Shown: positions 7,762-16,777 of the stretch, piece by piece | Numbering within the stretch: the first letter of the stretch is position 1 | How the letters are laid out: the number at the start of each line of letters is the position of its first letter | DNA from: a virus | Lineage: Duplodnaviria > Caudoviricetes | Length of the DNA: 43,038 bases | Virus record (IMG/VR): IMGVR_UViG_3300033485_000038 | Location: 1-43,038 of that record | Reading direction: 5' to 3' (one strand) | Program-made: the position numbers and the translations under genes | Notes under the pieces: model-generated | What the model saw: only the letters and a program-made list of their open reading frames with translations | Databases searched by the model: none | What the model was told of the DNA's origin: nothing

Positions 7762-9365
7762 CCAAATCATTCGACTTTCGCACGCCAGATTACCGCCCGA
7801 TATTTGACGCACGTCTCGCGAATCTTGCCAGGATACGCAAGAACCCGGAGATGTTGCCGGATCTCAATGCATTCTATCGCGAGAATCCCGCACAGTTCAT
7901 CAACGACTGGGGTGTGACGTTCGACCCACGTAACGTGAGCCGAGGCGTGCCGGCACTCGCGCCGTTCCTGTTATTCGACAAGCAGCGTGAGTTCATCGAC
8001 TACGTGCTACGGAAGTGGAGGAACGGCGAGGACGGCTTAGTCGAGAAGAGCCGTGACATGGGTGCGAGCTGGGTGGCAATCGCCCTTGCATCCACGCTAT
8101 GCCTGTTTAACAGCGGCATGGCGATTGGATTCGGAAGTCGAAAAGAAGAATACGTCGATCAAAAAGATGGCCCCAAGTCGATATTCTGGAAGGGTCGTCA
8201 ATTCGTCCAAGGTTTGCCGCGTGAGTTTAAGGGCACATGGACGCAATCTGACGCGCCGTTCATGCGCATCGGTTTCCCCGACACGGGTTCGTTCATCACG
8301 GGCGAGGCTGGTGACGGGATTGGTCGTGGTGATCGATGCGGTATCTATTTCGTGGATGAGGCGGCGCATCTTGACCGACCCGATCTGGTTGACTTCTCGC
8401 TTTCGCAGACCACGAATTGCCGCATCGATATGTCCAGCGTGAATGGTATGGGAAATCCTTTCGCCGAGAAGCGTCACAGCGGTCGAATTGAAGTGTTCAC
8501 GTTCCATTGGCGAGACGATCCGCGTAAGGATGACAAGTGGTACGCTGAGCAGAAGGCCAAACTACCGCCCGTGGTGGTCGCGCAGGAGATTGACATCGAC
8601 TATAGCGCCAGCGTGGAAGGTGTGCTGATACCATCCGAATGGGTCAGAGCGTGCATCGATGCGCACATCCGGCTCGGCGTCAAGCCCACAGGTGCCCGTA
8701 GCGCGAGTCTCGACGTGGCCGATGAGGGTAAAGATAATAATGCGATATGTGGCACGCACGGCATCTTGATCGAATATCTTGAACAATGGTCAGGCAGGGG
8801 CGCAGACATTTTCAAGACGACGCAGCACGCGATGAACACGTGTGATGAGCTGAAGTACGGTTCGCTTGAATACGATGCTGACGGTCTCGGTGCAGGTGTT
8901 CGGGGTGATTCGCGGATAATCAATCAGGCACGTGTCGCAGCGGGCAAGAGCGCGATCGTCGTTAAACCGTTTCGCGGATCTGCCGGCGTTCACAATCCGA
9001 AGGGCGAGGACATCAAGGGACGATCAAACGAAGACATGTTTGCCAATCGAAAGGCGCAGGGATGGTGGGCACTTCGCACCAGGTGTGAGAAAACGTTCAA
9101 GTGGGTTGTTGAGGGAATCCCGTGCGACCCAGATGAAATTTTAAGCATATCCAGCGCGTGCAGGGGCTATCAGGATCTGGTCAGCGAGCTGAGCCGCCCC
9201 ACATGCCAGTGGAACACCGTGGGCAAGATGGTCATCGACAAGTCGCCCGAAGGCACCCGTAGCCCGAACCTCGCGGACTCGGTGATGATTCGATACTCGA
9301 CAGCGAAGCACGCCCCAATGATTATCGCTGCAGGTGCACTGGCGTTATTCGGCGCGAGGCGTTGA
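7758..9365 (+). CDS. terL: Terminase large subunit
   Basis: Walker A-like [10 protein letters not shown], Walker [10 protein letters not shown], nuclease LDVADEGKD and SPNLADS. Confidence 0.95.
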   Translation: MTKSFDFRTPDYRPIFDARLANLARIRKNPEMLPDLNAFYRENPAQFINDWGVTFDPRNVSRGVPALAPFLLFDKQREFIDYVLRKWRNGEDGLVEKSRDMGASWVAIALASTLCLFNSGMAIGFGSRKEEYVDQKDGPKSIFWKGRQFVQGLPREFKGTWTQSDAPFMRIGFPDTGSFITGEAGDGIGRGDRCGIYFVDEAAHLDRPDLVDFSLSQTTNCRIDMSSVNGMGNPFAEKRHSGRIEVFTFHWRDDPRKDDKWYAEQKAKLPPVVVAQEIDIDYSASVEGVLIPSEWVRACIDAHIRLGVKPTGARSASLDVADEGKDNNAICGTHGILIEYLEQWSGRGADIFKTTQHAMNTCDELKYGSLEYDADGLGAGVRGDSRIINQARVAAGKSAIVVKPFRGSAGVHNPKGEDIKGRSNEDMFANRKAQGWWALRTRCEKTFKWVVEGIPCDPDEILSISSACRGYQDLVSELSRPTCQWNTVGKMVIDKSPEGTRSPNLADSVMIRYSTAKHAPMIIAAGALALFGARR

Positions 9366-9396
9366 CACATGGCACACATATCTGTACGATGTGCCA
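9362..9396 (+). promoter_or_regulatory. Promoter TTGACA-17-TACGAT with inverted repeat TGGCACA/TGTGCCA
   Basis: Read directly; ATG lies 7 nt after the -10 box. Confidence 0.65.
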
Positions 9397-9397
9397 C

Positions 9398-9538
9398 ATG
9401 AAGATGAAGCGCACCAATTTTTATTACCCGACAACAATGCTGGCACGGTTGAAGGCAGCTAAAGCGAAGACAGGTGTGCCTGTGAGCGAGATCATTCGCC
9501 GTGCCGTGGATAAGGCATTGACGGAGATGGGTGAATGA
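9398..9538 (+). CDS. Ribbon-helix-helix (CopG-like) DNA-binding protein
   Basis: MKRTNFYYP...LKAAKAKTGVPVSEIIRRAVD; below ORF-track cutoff. Confidence 0.8.
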   Translation: MKMKRTNFYYPTTMLARLKAAKAKTGVPVSEIIRRAVDKALTEMGE

Positions 9539-9714
9539 AAGTGCTCGCCTCGTACCGATACGGCGACCCTGCCGAATGTGTCGATCGCATCCGAGCCGAA
9601 GAGCGCCGTGACGCCGAGCACCGTAAGAAACGCGAGCAACGCACAGCGACTGGTCGGCATGCCACGTTCACCGAGGAAGAGTTGAAGATGATACCGAAGG
9701 AGTGGGTACGATGA
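9535..9714 (+). CDS. 59-aa hypothetical protein (YGDP motif)
   Basis: ATGA overlaps at both ends. Confidence 0.65.
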   Translation: MKVLASYRYGDPAECVDRIRAEERRDAEHRKKREQRTATGRHATFTEEELKMIPKEWVR

Positions 9715-9911
9715 CTGCGCCGACGCTGAGTATCACAGCCCACAAGCGGTGGTCGTACCCGTTGCACGTATGCATGGCGCATCTGTTGTGCATGTTCGAT
9801 TCGAGTGACGCGAATATCGAGGCACAAGCCGAACTGGTCATTACCCGAGGTGTGGACATACGGGTCGATGGAAAATCAATACGCATCACTACCGCCGGGG
9901 GCAAACGATGA
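9711..9911 (+). CDS. Hypothetical protein
   Basis: AAGGAG RBS, ATGA overlaps. Confidence 0.6.
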   Translation: MTAPTLSITAHKRWSYPLHVCMAHLLCMFDSSDANIEAQAELVITRGVDIRVDGKSIRITTAGGKR

Positions 9912-10189
9912 CACGCACCGTGACTGAGCGAGATTTCCGTAAGCCTGAGTTTGCCGACGCCGATCCGAATGATTATGAGTTCCGTGCAGATGGCGCCGTC
10001 GTTCGCAAGGATCGCTGGGAGACGGGCATTCGCCGTATTCATTCGGTGTTGGGAATGAACGTCCGTTCGGAGTTTGAGATATCGGACATCGTATCCGTTG
10101 TAGAATCGCTGGTCGCAGCGCAACCCGACCTCGCCACGAAGCTTATTACTACCATCCCCGATCGTTCTGACCACAACCCCAAGGCATAG
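9908..10189 (+). CDS. Hypothetical phage protein (YEFRADG...RKDRWE)
   Basis: ORF in operon, ATGA overlap. Confidence 0.75.
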   Translation: MTRTVTERDFRKPEFADADPNDYEFRADGAVVRKDRWETGIRRIHSVLGMNVRSEFEISDIVSVVESLVAAQPDLATKLITTIPDRSDHNPKA

Positions 10190-10192
10190 CCA

Positions 10193-10636
10193 ATGAAAAC
10201 TATTCGCGAGCAACTGTTTACCGCATTCCTCCGCATGGGCGAGGTCACATCGGCGGAACTGGAACAAGAACTGCCCGACATGGATCGTTCGAAGCTGCTG
10301 AATAACATCAGTGCGCTGAAGACTGAGAAACTGCTCGATAGCCGACGAGACGATGTGACGAAGCGCGCGATGTACAAGCTGACACCGCTCGGCGTGCTCC
10401 GTGCCGGTGGTGACGAGATGACGACCCCTTGTGCACCGCGCGCCACACGCCCGGCTCGTGAGAAACCTGCAGCGATACAGACATGCGAGCCGCGTGTCAT
10501 CCGTGACGCCGAATACGGCTGTGCGATTCAGATGGACGGACGCCTCAGTATGTGGAAAGGTGATCAAACGCTGGAATTCGACGACACTGAGTCTCGCGAA
10601 GTCATTGCATTCATCGCGCGGCAGGTGACAGAATGA
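10193..10636 (+). CDS. Winged-helix DNA-binding protein
   Basis: TSAELEQEL...NNISALKTEKLL...YKLTPLG. Confidence 0.7.
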   Translation: MKTIREQLFTAFLRMGEVTSAELEQELPDMDRSKLLNNISALKTEKLLDSRRDDVTKRAMYKLTPLGVLRAGGDEMTTPCAPRATRPAREKPAAIQTCEPRVIRDAEYGCAIQMDGRLSMWKGDQTLEFDDTESREVIAFIARQVTE

Positions 10637-10956
10637 ACAACATCGCACTGTGTGTCGGCTGGTCGGTCATAATAGCCGTATCGGGGCTCGTGATGTGGCT
10701 CGTCATCGAGATGCTTGTCGCAGTGGTCGCCGTCGCCAGTTGGTTGCGTTGGGCATTAACCCGTAAGCGCATGGGTACCACACATCTGAATTGGTGGGCT
10801 CTGCCCAAAACGATGTTTTTTCTGTGGGTAGATCTAACCGGGCATCGCAACACAGGTTCGAGCACGTGGACGGCACCCGATGGACAATGGCGTGGAATAG
10901 GTGATTGGTCGGTGTGGTCCACCGCTAATTATAAACAGGAGAACGACCGTGGCTGA
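10633..10956 (+). CDS. Membrane protein
   Basis: Long hydrophobic N-terminal segment; ATGA overlap. Confidence 0.65.
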   Translation: MNNIALCVGWSVIIAVSGLVMWLVIEMLVAVVAVASWLRWALTRKRMGTTHLNWWALPKTMFFLWVDLTGHRNTGSSTWTAPDGQWRGIGDWSVWSTANYKQENDRG

Positions 10957-11203
10957 ACAATACGCAATTCATTTTCATGTGGTCAATGTGAAGACTGGCA
11001 AACGTGCGAGCGAGACGATGATTCAACCGTTACCGATGAGTGATGCGGAACTGGCTGAGCCAGGCTTCATCGGTGCGAAAATTAAAACGACGGCACGCGC
11101 GATCGGCAAAACGCTCGCTACGATTCTGAAGAAGCACATCACTCCGCTGCCGTCACGTAAGACCCCGCACGCGGTGCAGAAGTCCGCAGCACTCCCGAAC
11201 TAG
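10949..11203 (+). CDS. Hypothetical protein
   Basis: GTG 10949 with AGGAG RBS. Confidence 0.6.
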   Translation: MAEQYAIHFHVVNVKTGKRASETMIQPLPMSDAELAEPGFIGAKIKTTARAIGKTLATILKKHITPLPSRKTPHAVQKSAALPN

Positions 11204-11209
11204 CCCGCG

Positions 11210-11392
11210 ATGAAACGTTCGCAGGCGTACACTGAAGGATTGACCGGACAAGCAATATCCATCGTCATCGGTATCACGATGAGCGTGTATTATGGTGGAG
11301 CAATTGGTCTTGCTGTGGGGTACGCGATATACGTGCTCGTAGACATACGGCAATACGTTCGAGAGCTACACAAGGGCAGCGATGAAACCTGA
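11210..11392 (+). CDS. Small two-TM membrane protein
   Basis: Two hydrophobic stretches. Confidence 0.55.
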   Translation: MKRSQAYTEGLTGQAISIVIGITMSVYYGGAIGLAVGYAIYVLVDIRQYVRELHKGSDET

Positions 11393-11741
11393 AATCGTAT
11401 GGCTGCACTATCTACTCATCCGTTGGGGTAAATGGTCGATCCGCCAAAGTGCCGGTGGTCTGGGATATGCACGGATGAGTCTTCTCGTCGGCGCAAGTGC
11501 GGGCGATGGCGGGCATGATCCATCGCCACCCCCTGATGTGACTGATATTGATTTCGATGCGGTCAGTGCCGCCATCGGGCGTCTGTCTATAGAATCGGCG
11601 GCGACACTGGTCGGGTTTTACGTTCATGGTGCAGATCGATCGTTCCACCGCATCGCACGTGAGGCTGGGGTGCACCGCGATACGTTGGAACGGAAGATAC
11701 TGAGTGCGCATCGGCTGCTTGAGCCGATGTTGCGGAAGTAG
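11382..11741 (+). CDS. Late antiterminator Q-like protein
   Basis: LIRWGKW...LGY N-terminus and C-terminal sigma4-like HTH; directly upstream of the late promoter. Confidence 0.7.
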   Translation: MKPEIVWLHYLLIRWGKWSIRQSAGGLGYARMSLLVGASAGDGGHDPSPPPDVTDIDFDAVSAAIGRLSIESAATLVGFYVHGADRSFHRIAREAGVHRDTLERKILSAHRLLEPMLRK

Positions 11742-11806
11742 TACACTGAGCGTCTTCGCCGGGTCAGTGCACATAGTGCCCAGAGGAAAAGCTGACGCGA
11801 CGAGGT

Positions 11807-11905
11807 TCAACAGAGCTGACGACTGAAATAGCAGGTCGGCCGACACATTGATTCGTGACAGCATTTTACGCGGCGAATCGTTGTTTCAGTCGTCAGCTCT
11901 GTTGA
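11807..11905 (+). repeat. Perfect 22-bp inverted repeat (11807-11828 / 11884-11905), part of a candidate structured RNA
   Basis: TCAACAGAGCTGACGACTGAAA and its reverse complement; extends by G-U pairs on the + strand. Confidence 0.9.
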
Positions 11906-12131
11906 TGAAAGCGCAAACTGACGCGCAGAAGAGCCAATCTGGACGTACAGAAGTCTCGCAAATAATCACCCGAACGCTCAGCGATGAGAACTGACATATT
12001 GGTGTGATGTGGGGACTGTGGCCGAAATCGTCCATGCCCGAGATCAGTGCGGGTCATCAACAACCCATGGGGACGGTGATGAGCAGGCTCTATTTGTGTG
12101 CCGATACCATAACAGTTATAAAAAATAACGC

Positions 12132-12160
12132 TTGACGCGTATCTGACGAGCGGCAATAAT
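12132..12160 (+). promoter_or_regulatory. Putative late promoter TTGACG-17-AATAAT
   Basis: Between the Q-like gene and the portal; A-tract and palindrome upstream. Confidence 0.7.
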
Positions 12161-12204
12161 CTAGTCAATTCAAGTAGTGGTGAAACTTTCCTCTACACAA
12201 TCTA

Positions 12205-12229
12205 GTCCGCCGCATAGGTGGATTTTTTT
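12205..12229 (+). terminator. Intrinsic terminator downstream of the late promoter (tR'-like)
   Basis: GTCCGCC-gcata-GGTGGAT followed by a T run. Confidence 0.65.
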
Positions 12230-12390
12230 CGTCCCGACGTATGCGATAGCTGGATTCAGTGGGCATACGTGGGGGCGACAGCCACGATCAAATATCAAAC
12301 GCGCCACATGTGCGCAGCGCCGTATTAGTATGGCACCCATGGTCGTGCCGCCGCGATAAGCGGATTCCCTCTTCAATTTGACAGGTAGCG

Positions 12391-13887
12391 ATGAACATCT
12401 TCCGACGATTCGTTGATAAAGCACTTGCACCGTGGCGCGCTGTTGCCCCCGTGCCCGTCGCCGAATCGCGTCGTCCTATGAAGATACGTCTGGACGCGCT
12501 GGCGACGATGCGCGGGCACAACGATGCGCCCGTGAACGCATACGTGTTACCGAAGCTGGCGCCTGGCGTGCTACCTAAGGGTCAGAAGATGGCGATGGAC
12601 GCCACGACGACCAGCCTATATGCATACGCGGGTATTGAGTCGGCATTCGCTGAGGGTGTAGCATTCATCGGTTTCCCGTCACTGTCCGCATTGACCCAGC
12701 GTGTTGAATATCGTCGTCCGTCCGAGGTCGTCGCGAAAGAGATGACTCGTCGTTGGATCAAGCTGCACTGTTCGGGTGAGGACGACAAGACTGACAAGAT
12801 GTCGAAGATCGAGGCTGAGATGCGTCGGCTCAATGTGCAGGACTTGTTCTGCAAAGCCACCGAGCAAGACGGCTTTTATGGTCGTGCCCAGATTTACATC
12901 GACACGGACGCTACTGAGCGACCCGACGAGCTAAAGGTTGCGCTCGTAGATAAGCCCGAGAAAATCGGCATCGGTTCGTTGAAAGGTTTGCGTCTAGTTG
13001 AGCCTATCTGGACATATCCGAACCAGTACAACGCGACCGATCCATTGCGCGCCGACTACTTCAAGCCGACCACATGGTTCGTGATGGGCAAGGAGGTGCA
13101 CGACACGCGCATGCTCACATTCATTTCGCGCCAAGTGCCCGATCTGCTGAAGCCTGCGTATGCGTTCTCGGGCATCTCGTTGACCCAGATATTGATCCCA
13201 TACGTGGACAACTGGTTGCGCACACGCCAGAGCGTCAGTGATCTATTGCACAATTTCAGTGTGTTCGTACTCAAGACTGACTTGTCCAGCGTCCTGAACG
13301 CAGGCGCTGGCGCGGAAGAGCAAGCGCGATTCGCGCTGTTCAACTCGGTGCGTGACAATCAGGGTCTGATGGCGATTAACAAAGACACCGAGGATTTGAG
13401 CAACGTGTCCGTGCCGTTGGGTAGTCTTGACCATCTACAGGCTCAGTCACAGGAACACATGGCCGCTGCGGCGGGCATCCCGCTGGTCATCCTGCTGGGA
13501 ATCACACCATCTGGTCTGAACGCATCATCTGCTGCGGATCTGGACGTGTTCTATAGCTGGATTGCGTCGCAACAGCAGGCACTATTCACCGCCCCACTAA
13601 CTAGACTGTTGAACATCATTCAGTTGTCGTTGTTCGGCGAGATCGACCCGACTATCGGCTTCACTTACGAGCCGTTGCAGTCGTTGAATGAATTGCAGAT
13701 TGCGGAATGTCGTAAGATTGAAGCGGACACCGATGCGGTGTATCTGGATCGCGGTGTGATATCGCCTGAAGAGACGCGCAAGCGCATCGCGCATCAAGCT
13801 GCTAGCCCGTATCATGGGTTGGATTTGGACGATGACGCCGTGCCAAACGTCCCTTCGATAGACGCACCGTTGGACGATGAGCAATGA
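12391..13887 (+). CDS. Portal protein (DUF1073-type)
   Basis: GIPLVILLGITPSGLNAS motif, size, position before gp7. Confidence 0.9.
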   Translation: MNIFRRFVDKALAPWRAVAPVPVAESRRPMKIRLDALATMRGHNDAPVNAYVLPKLAPGVLPKGQKMAMDATTTSLYAYAGIESAFAEGVAFIGFPSLSALTQRVEYRRPSEVVAKEMTRRWIKLHCSGEDDKTDKMSKIEAEMRRLNVQDLFCKATEQDGFYGRAQIYIDTDATERPDELKVALVDKPEKIGIGSLKGLRLVEPIWTYPNQYNATDPLRADYFKPTTWFVMGKEVHDTRMLTFISRQVPDLLKPAYAFSGISLTQILIPYVDNWLRTRQSVSDLLHNFSVFVLKTDLSSVLNAGAGAEEQARFALFNSVRDNQGLMAINKDTEDLSNVSVPLGSLDHLQAQSQEHMAAAAGIPLVILLGITPSGLNASSAADLDVFYSWIASQQQALFTAPLTRLLNIIQLSLFGEIDPTIGFTYEPLQSLNELQIAECRKIEADTDAVYLDRGVISPEETRKRIAHQAASPYHGLDLDDDAVPNVPSIDAPLDDEQ

Positions 13888-14672
13888 CACCCGTGCGGGG
13901 AGAGACAACACTGCCCGCCGTACATGCGAACGCAGGTATCGAAGCCGCCTATCGTAAGCAACTGATAGCGATGGTGGATGAGATGCACAAGTCAGTCACG
14001 TACTGGCTGACCGCTACATATCGAGAGCAAGTGGCACGGGTGGGCATGACCTCGGATGCATCGCCTGCGAACGAACTGCGCGATACGATGCGCAAGCTGA
14101 CTCGACGTTGGGTTGGCATATTTGGCAGATCTGCACCCGGTCTGGCCAAACGATTCGCCGAACGCGCCGCACGTCAAGTTGACATCACGATGACAAACCA
14201 GTTGCGCAAGCGGGACTTCGGCATCGAATTCAAGATGACCGATGACGCGCAGAATGCTGTGTCGGCGGTCATTGGCGAGAATGTAGGTCTGATTCGTTCA
14301 ATCGGGCAAGAATATCTGACCGATGTCGAAGGTCTGGTGATGCGGTCAATCGCACGCGGTGGTGACTTGAATTCGTTGGCATTGGAACTGGAGAAGCGAT
14401 ACGGGATCACCCGCCGCCGAGCGAGTTTCATTGCGATGGATCAGAACCACAAGGCTAACGCGGCGATGTCTCGCGTGAGACAAGCAGGTCTGGGTGTCGT
14501 TGAGGCCGTTTGGCAACATAGTCACGCTGGACGTGAGCCACGCGCGTCACATGTGGCGTTTGACGGAAAGCGTTACGTGATCGCCGAGGGTGCGCACATC
14601 GATGGTGAATACATTTGGCCGGGTGAGAAGCCTCGTTGCCGCTGCATGAGTCGTCCAATTTTGCCGTTTTAA
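13884..14672 (+). CDS. Head morphogenesis protein (SPP1 gp7/MuF family)
   Basis: RRRASFIAMDQ...WQHS...R.SH...PGEKPRCRC. Confidence 0.92.
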   Translation: MTPVRGETTLPAVHANAGIEAAYRKQLIAMVDEMHKSVTYWLTATYREQVARVGMTSDASPANELRDTMRKLTRRWVGIFGRSAPGLAKRFAERAARQVDITMTNQLRKRDFGIEFKMTDDAQNAVSAVIGENVGLIRSIGQEYLTDVEGLVMRSIARGGDLNSLALELEKRYGITRRRASFIAMDQNHKANAAMSRVRQAGLGVVEAVWQHSHAGREPRASHVAFDGKRYVIAEGAHIDGEYIWPGEKPRCRCMSRPILPF

Positions 14673-14677
14673 CCGAT

Positions 14678-16753
14678 ATGACACACAAACAAGACAAGTC
14701 ACCATTGCTCGCGATGGACCCGCCGGTAAGCGAGTCCCAACGTCGAGCAATGGAAGCCGCTGCGCATGGGCACAGCACGCTAGGCATCCCTGAATCCGTC
14801 GGTAAAGAGTTCGTCGGCGATTCGTCGATCAAGGCAGCAGGCATCTGCATGGTAGCACCGACTGGCCGTGCGTTGTTCTTGTTGCGCACGGACGGCACAT
14901 GGGGGTTTCCAGGCGGTCGCGCTGAAGGCGATGAATCGCCGGAACAAGCCGCTCGCCGTGAGATGCAGGAAGAAATCAAAGCATCCCCATATGGTGAGCT
15001 GAGCGTCATGTCGCATGTGACCGGTTCGAACGACATAGAGTATGTCACATTCGAGATGCCAATCATGCGCGAATTTACGCCGAAGCTGAAACTGGACGAG
15101 CACACCGAATATCGCTGGGCATCAGCTGACAACGCGCCTGAACCGCTTCATCCGGGCGTTCGTGCGACGCTGACCGGTGAGATGGCGCAAGATTACACCG
15201 TGCATACGGCGGGTGCTGCGAAGTTCTACGCCTCGCCCGTGGCTAACACGAAGGTGTCGAACGAGACTGTGGAAAACACCAAAGTGGGCACATCCTCACC
15301 GAACTACAAGCGTGACGGTTCATCTGCGGCCGGCAGGCAGGGGTCGTCGGGTGCCGCAGACTCAGCAATCGCGCCTCGTGAAGAAGATGTCGTGCTTGCG
15401 TTTGACCGTGCCAGTGTGCGTACACTCGATGCTGATGGGCGCATGCATGTCGAAATAACGAACTTGAGCAAGGCGAACATCTGTCCGTATTTCGGGTACG
15501 AGATACCCGATGGCGATAAACTGGGACTCGAACCCGATCAGGTGTACATGTTGTTCCGAGATCCGGCTGAGCTAGAAAAAGCCGCACGAACATCAAACAA
15601 CATCCAACTGCTCGAAATACATGAACCAGTCAGTGCCGACGACCCGAAACGTGAGATCGTCATCGGCTCGACGGGTACTGATGGGGTGTTCGACGCACCC
15701 TATCTCCGCAATTCCCTAGTGATATGGGATGCTGAAGCAATCAAACGAATCGAACGACGCGAGACACAAGAGTTATCATGCGCGTACCGATACAAGCCCG
15801 TGATGGATGCGGGTACTTACGAAGGCATACCCTATGACGGGCGTATGACTCAACTGAGCTTCAACCATGTGGCACTTGTTGCCACTGGACGAGCTGGCCC
15901 CGACTGTGTTGTCGGAGATTCTGATTTACCTTTGGAGAGTGAAAACATGAGCAAGCCCTTGAGCAACAAGGCGGCTTTGGCGAAGGGGGTCTTGCTGGCC
16001 GTCCTGAAGCCACAGTTTGCCGCCGACAAAATGCCCGATCTCGATTCGATTCTGGCAGGTGTCAACAAAAAGAACTGGCTGGAGAAGAAACCCGGCATCG
16101 TTGCGGCGATCAAGCCGAAAATGGGCGCAGACGCGGACATCGAAGGTCTGGTCAATCTGCTCGACAGTCTCGACAACGCCGTTCCGATGAGCGAAGACGC
16201 GGACGAGGTTGATAACGAGATGAGCAAAGACAGCGAAGAGGACGACGCTGTTGAGGCCATCATGGCCACGCTTCGCGGTAAAATCTCTGACGAGGATTAC
16301 ATGGTTGTTGAAGCCAAAATCCGCGAGATGGCGAAACCTGTCGCACACATTGCGCCGGGTGCATCCGATGAGCCTGCGCCGTTCGAAGGCAAACCAGAAG
16401 TCGGCGGTGAGAAGGTCGATAAGCCCGCAATGGACGCGGCTATTCGTAGCGCAACCAAGCTGGCCGAAGACGCTGCTGTCGCACGCATCAATGCTGTTCA
16501 CGCCGCACACAAAGCCGTCACACCATACGTGGGCGAGCTGAGCATCGCTTGCGACACAGCTGAAGGTGTATATCGTGCCGCGCTGAACGTGCTGGGCGTA
16601 GACGTTGCAGGTGTTCATCCATCCGCATTCGCAGCCGTCCTGCGTGCTCAACCACTGCCCGGTAGCGAAGTGCGCACCGTGCGTCTGGCTCACGACTCGT
16701 CTAAACCTGCGGGCTATGATGAACAGCGTATTGCGCTGGGTCTGAAAGCTTAA
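14678..16753 (+). CDS. NUDIX hydrolase fused to DUF2213-type head maturation protease/scaffold
   Basis: Nudix box GRAEGDESPEQAARREMQEE; QELSCAY...NHVALV..GRAG; acidic scaffold-like C-terminus. Confidence 0.85.
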   Translation: MTHKQDKSPLLAMDPPVSESQRRAMEAAAHGHSTLGIPESVGKEFVGDSSIKAAGICMVAPTGRALFLLRTDGTWGFPGGRAEGDESPEQAARREMQEEIKASPYGELSVMSHVTGSNDIEYVTFEMPIMREFTPKLKLDEHTEYRWASADNAPEPLHPGVRATLTGEMAQDYTVHTAGAAKFYASPVANTKVSNETVENTKVGTSSPNYKRDGSSAAGRQGSSGAADSAIAPREEDVVLAFDRASVRTLDADGRMHVEITNLSKANICPYFGYEIPDGDKLGLEPDQVYMLFRDPAELEKAARTSNNIQLLEIHEPVSADDPKREIVIGSTGTDGVFDAPYLRNSLVIWDAEAIKRIERRETQELSCAYRYKPVMDAGTYEGIPYDGRMTQLSFNHVALVATGRAGPDCVVGDSDLPLESENMSKPLSNKAALAKGVLLAVLKPQFAADKMPDLDSILAGVNKKNWLEKKPGIVAAIKPKMGADADIEGLVNLLDSLDNAVPMSEDADEVDNEMSKDSEEDDAVEAIMATLRGKISDEDYMVVEAKIREMAKPVAHIAPGASDEPAPFEGKPEVGGEKVDKPAMDAAIRSATKLAEDAAVARINAVHAAHKAVTPYVGELSIACDTAEGVYRAALNVLGVDVAGVHPSAFAAVLRAQPLPGSEVRTVRLAHDSSKPAGYDEQRIALGLKA

Positions 16754-16777
16754 TCAATCAACCGGAGATAAAAAATC

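Noticed and set aside
9668-10648. Long antisense ORFs (also 15926..16693, 17989..18684, 23844..24578, 25408..26085, 39555..40199)
   Set aside because: Shadow frames opposite genes with recognisable motifs; no RBS or family features
11739-11795. TAG read-through or recoding (open frame YTERLRRVSAHSAQRKS after the Q-like stop)
   Set aside because: TAG is a normal stop in several tightly packed genes (6910, 19708, 21323, 28213), so there is no sign of an alternative code
11790-11910. tRNA, hammerhead ribozyme or retron msr-msd
   Set aside because: GGTTCAA lacks a T-stem, CTGACGA-GAAA lacks stem II, and no reverse transcriptase is present in the window
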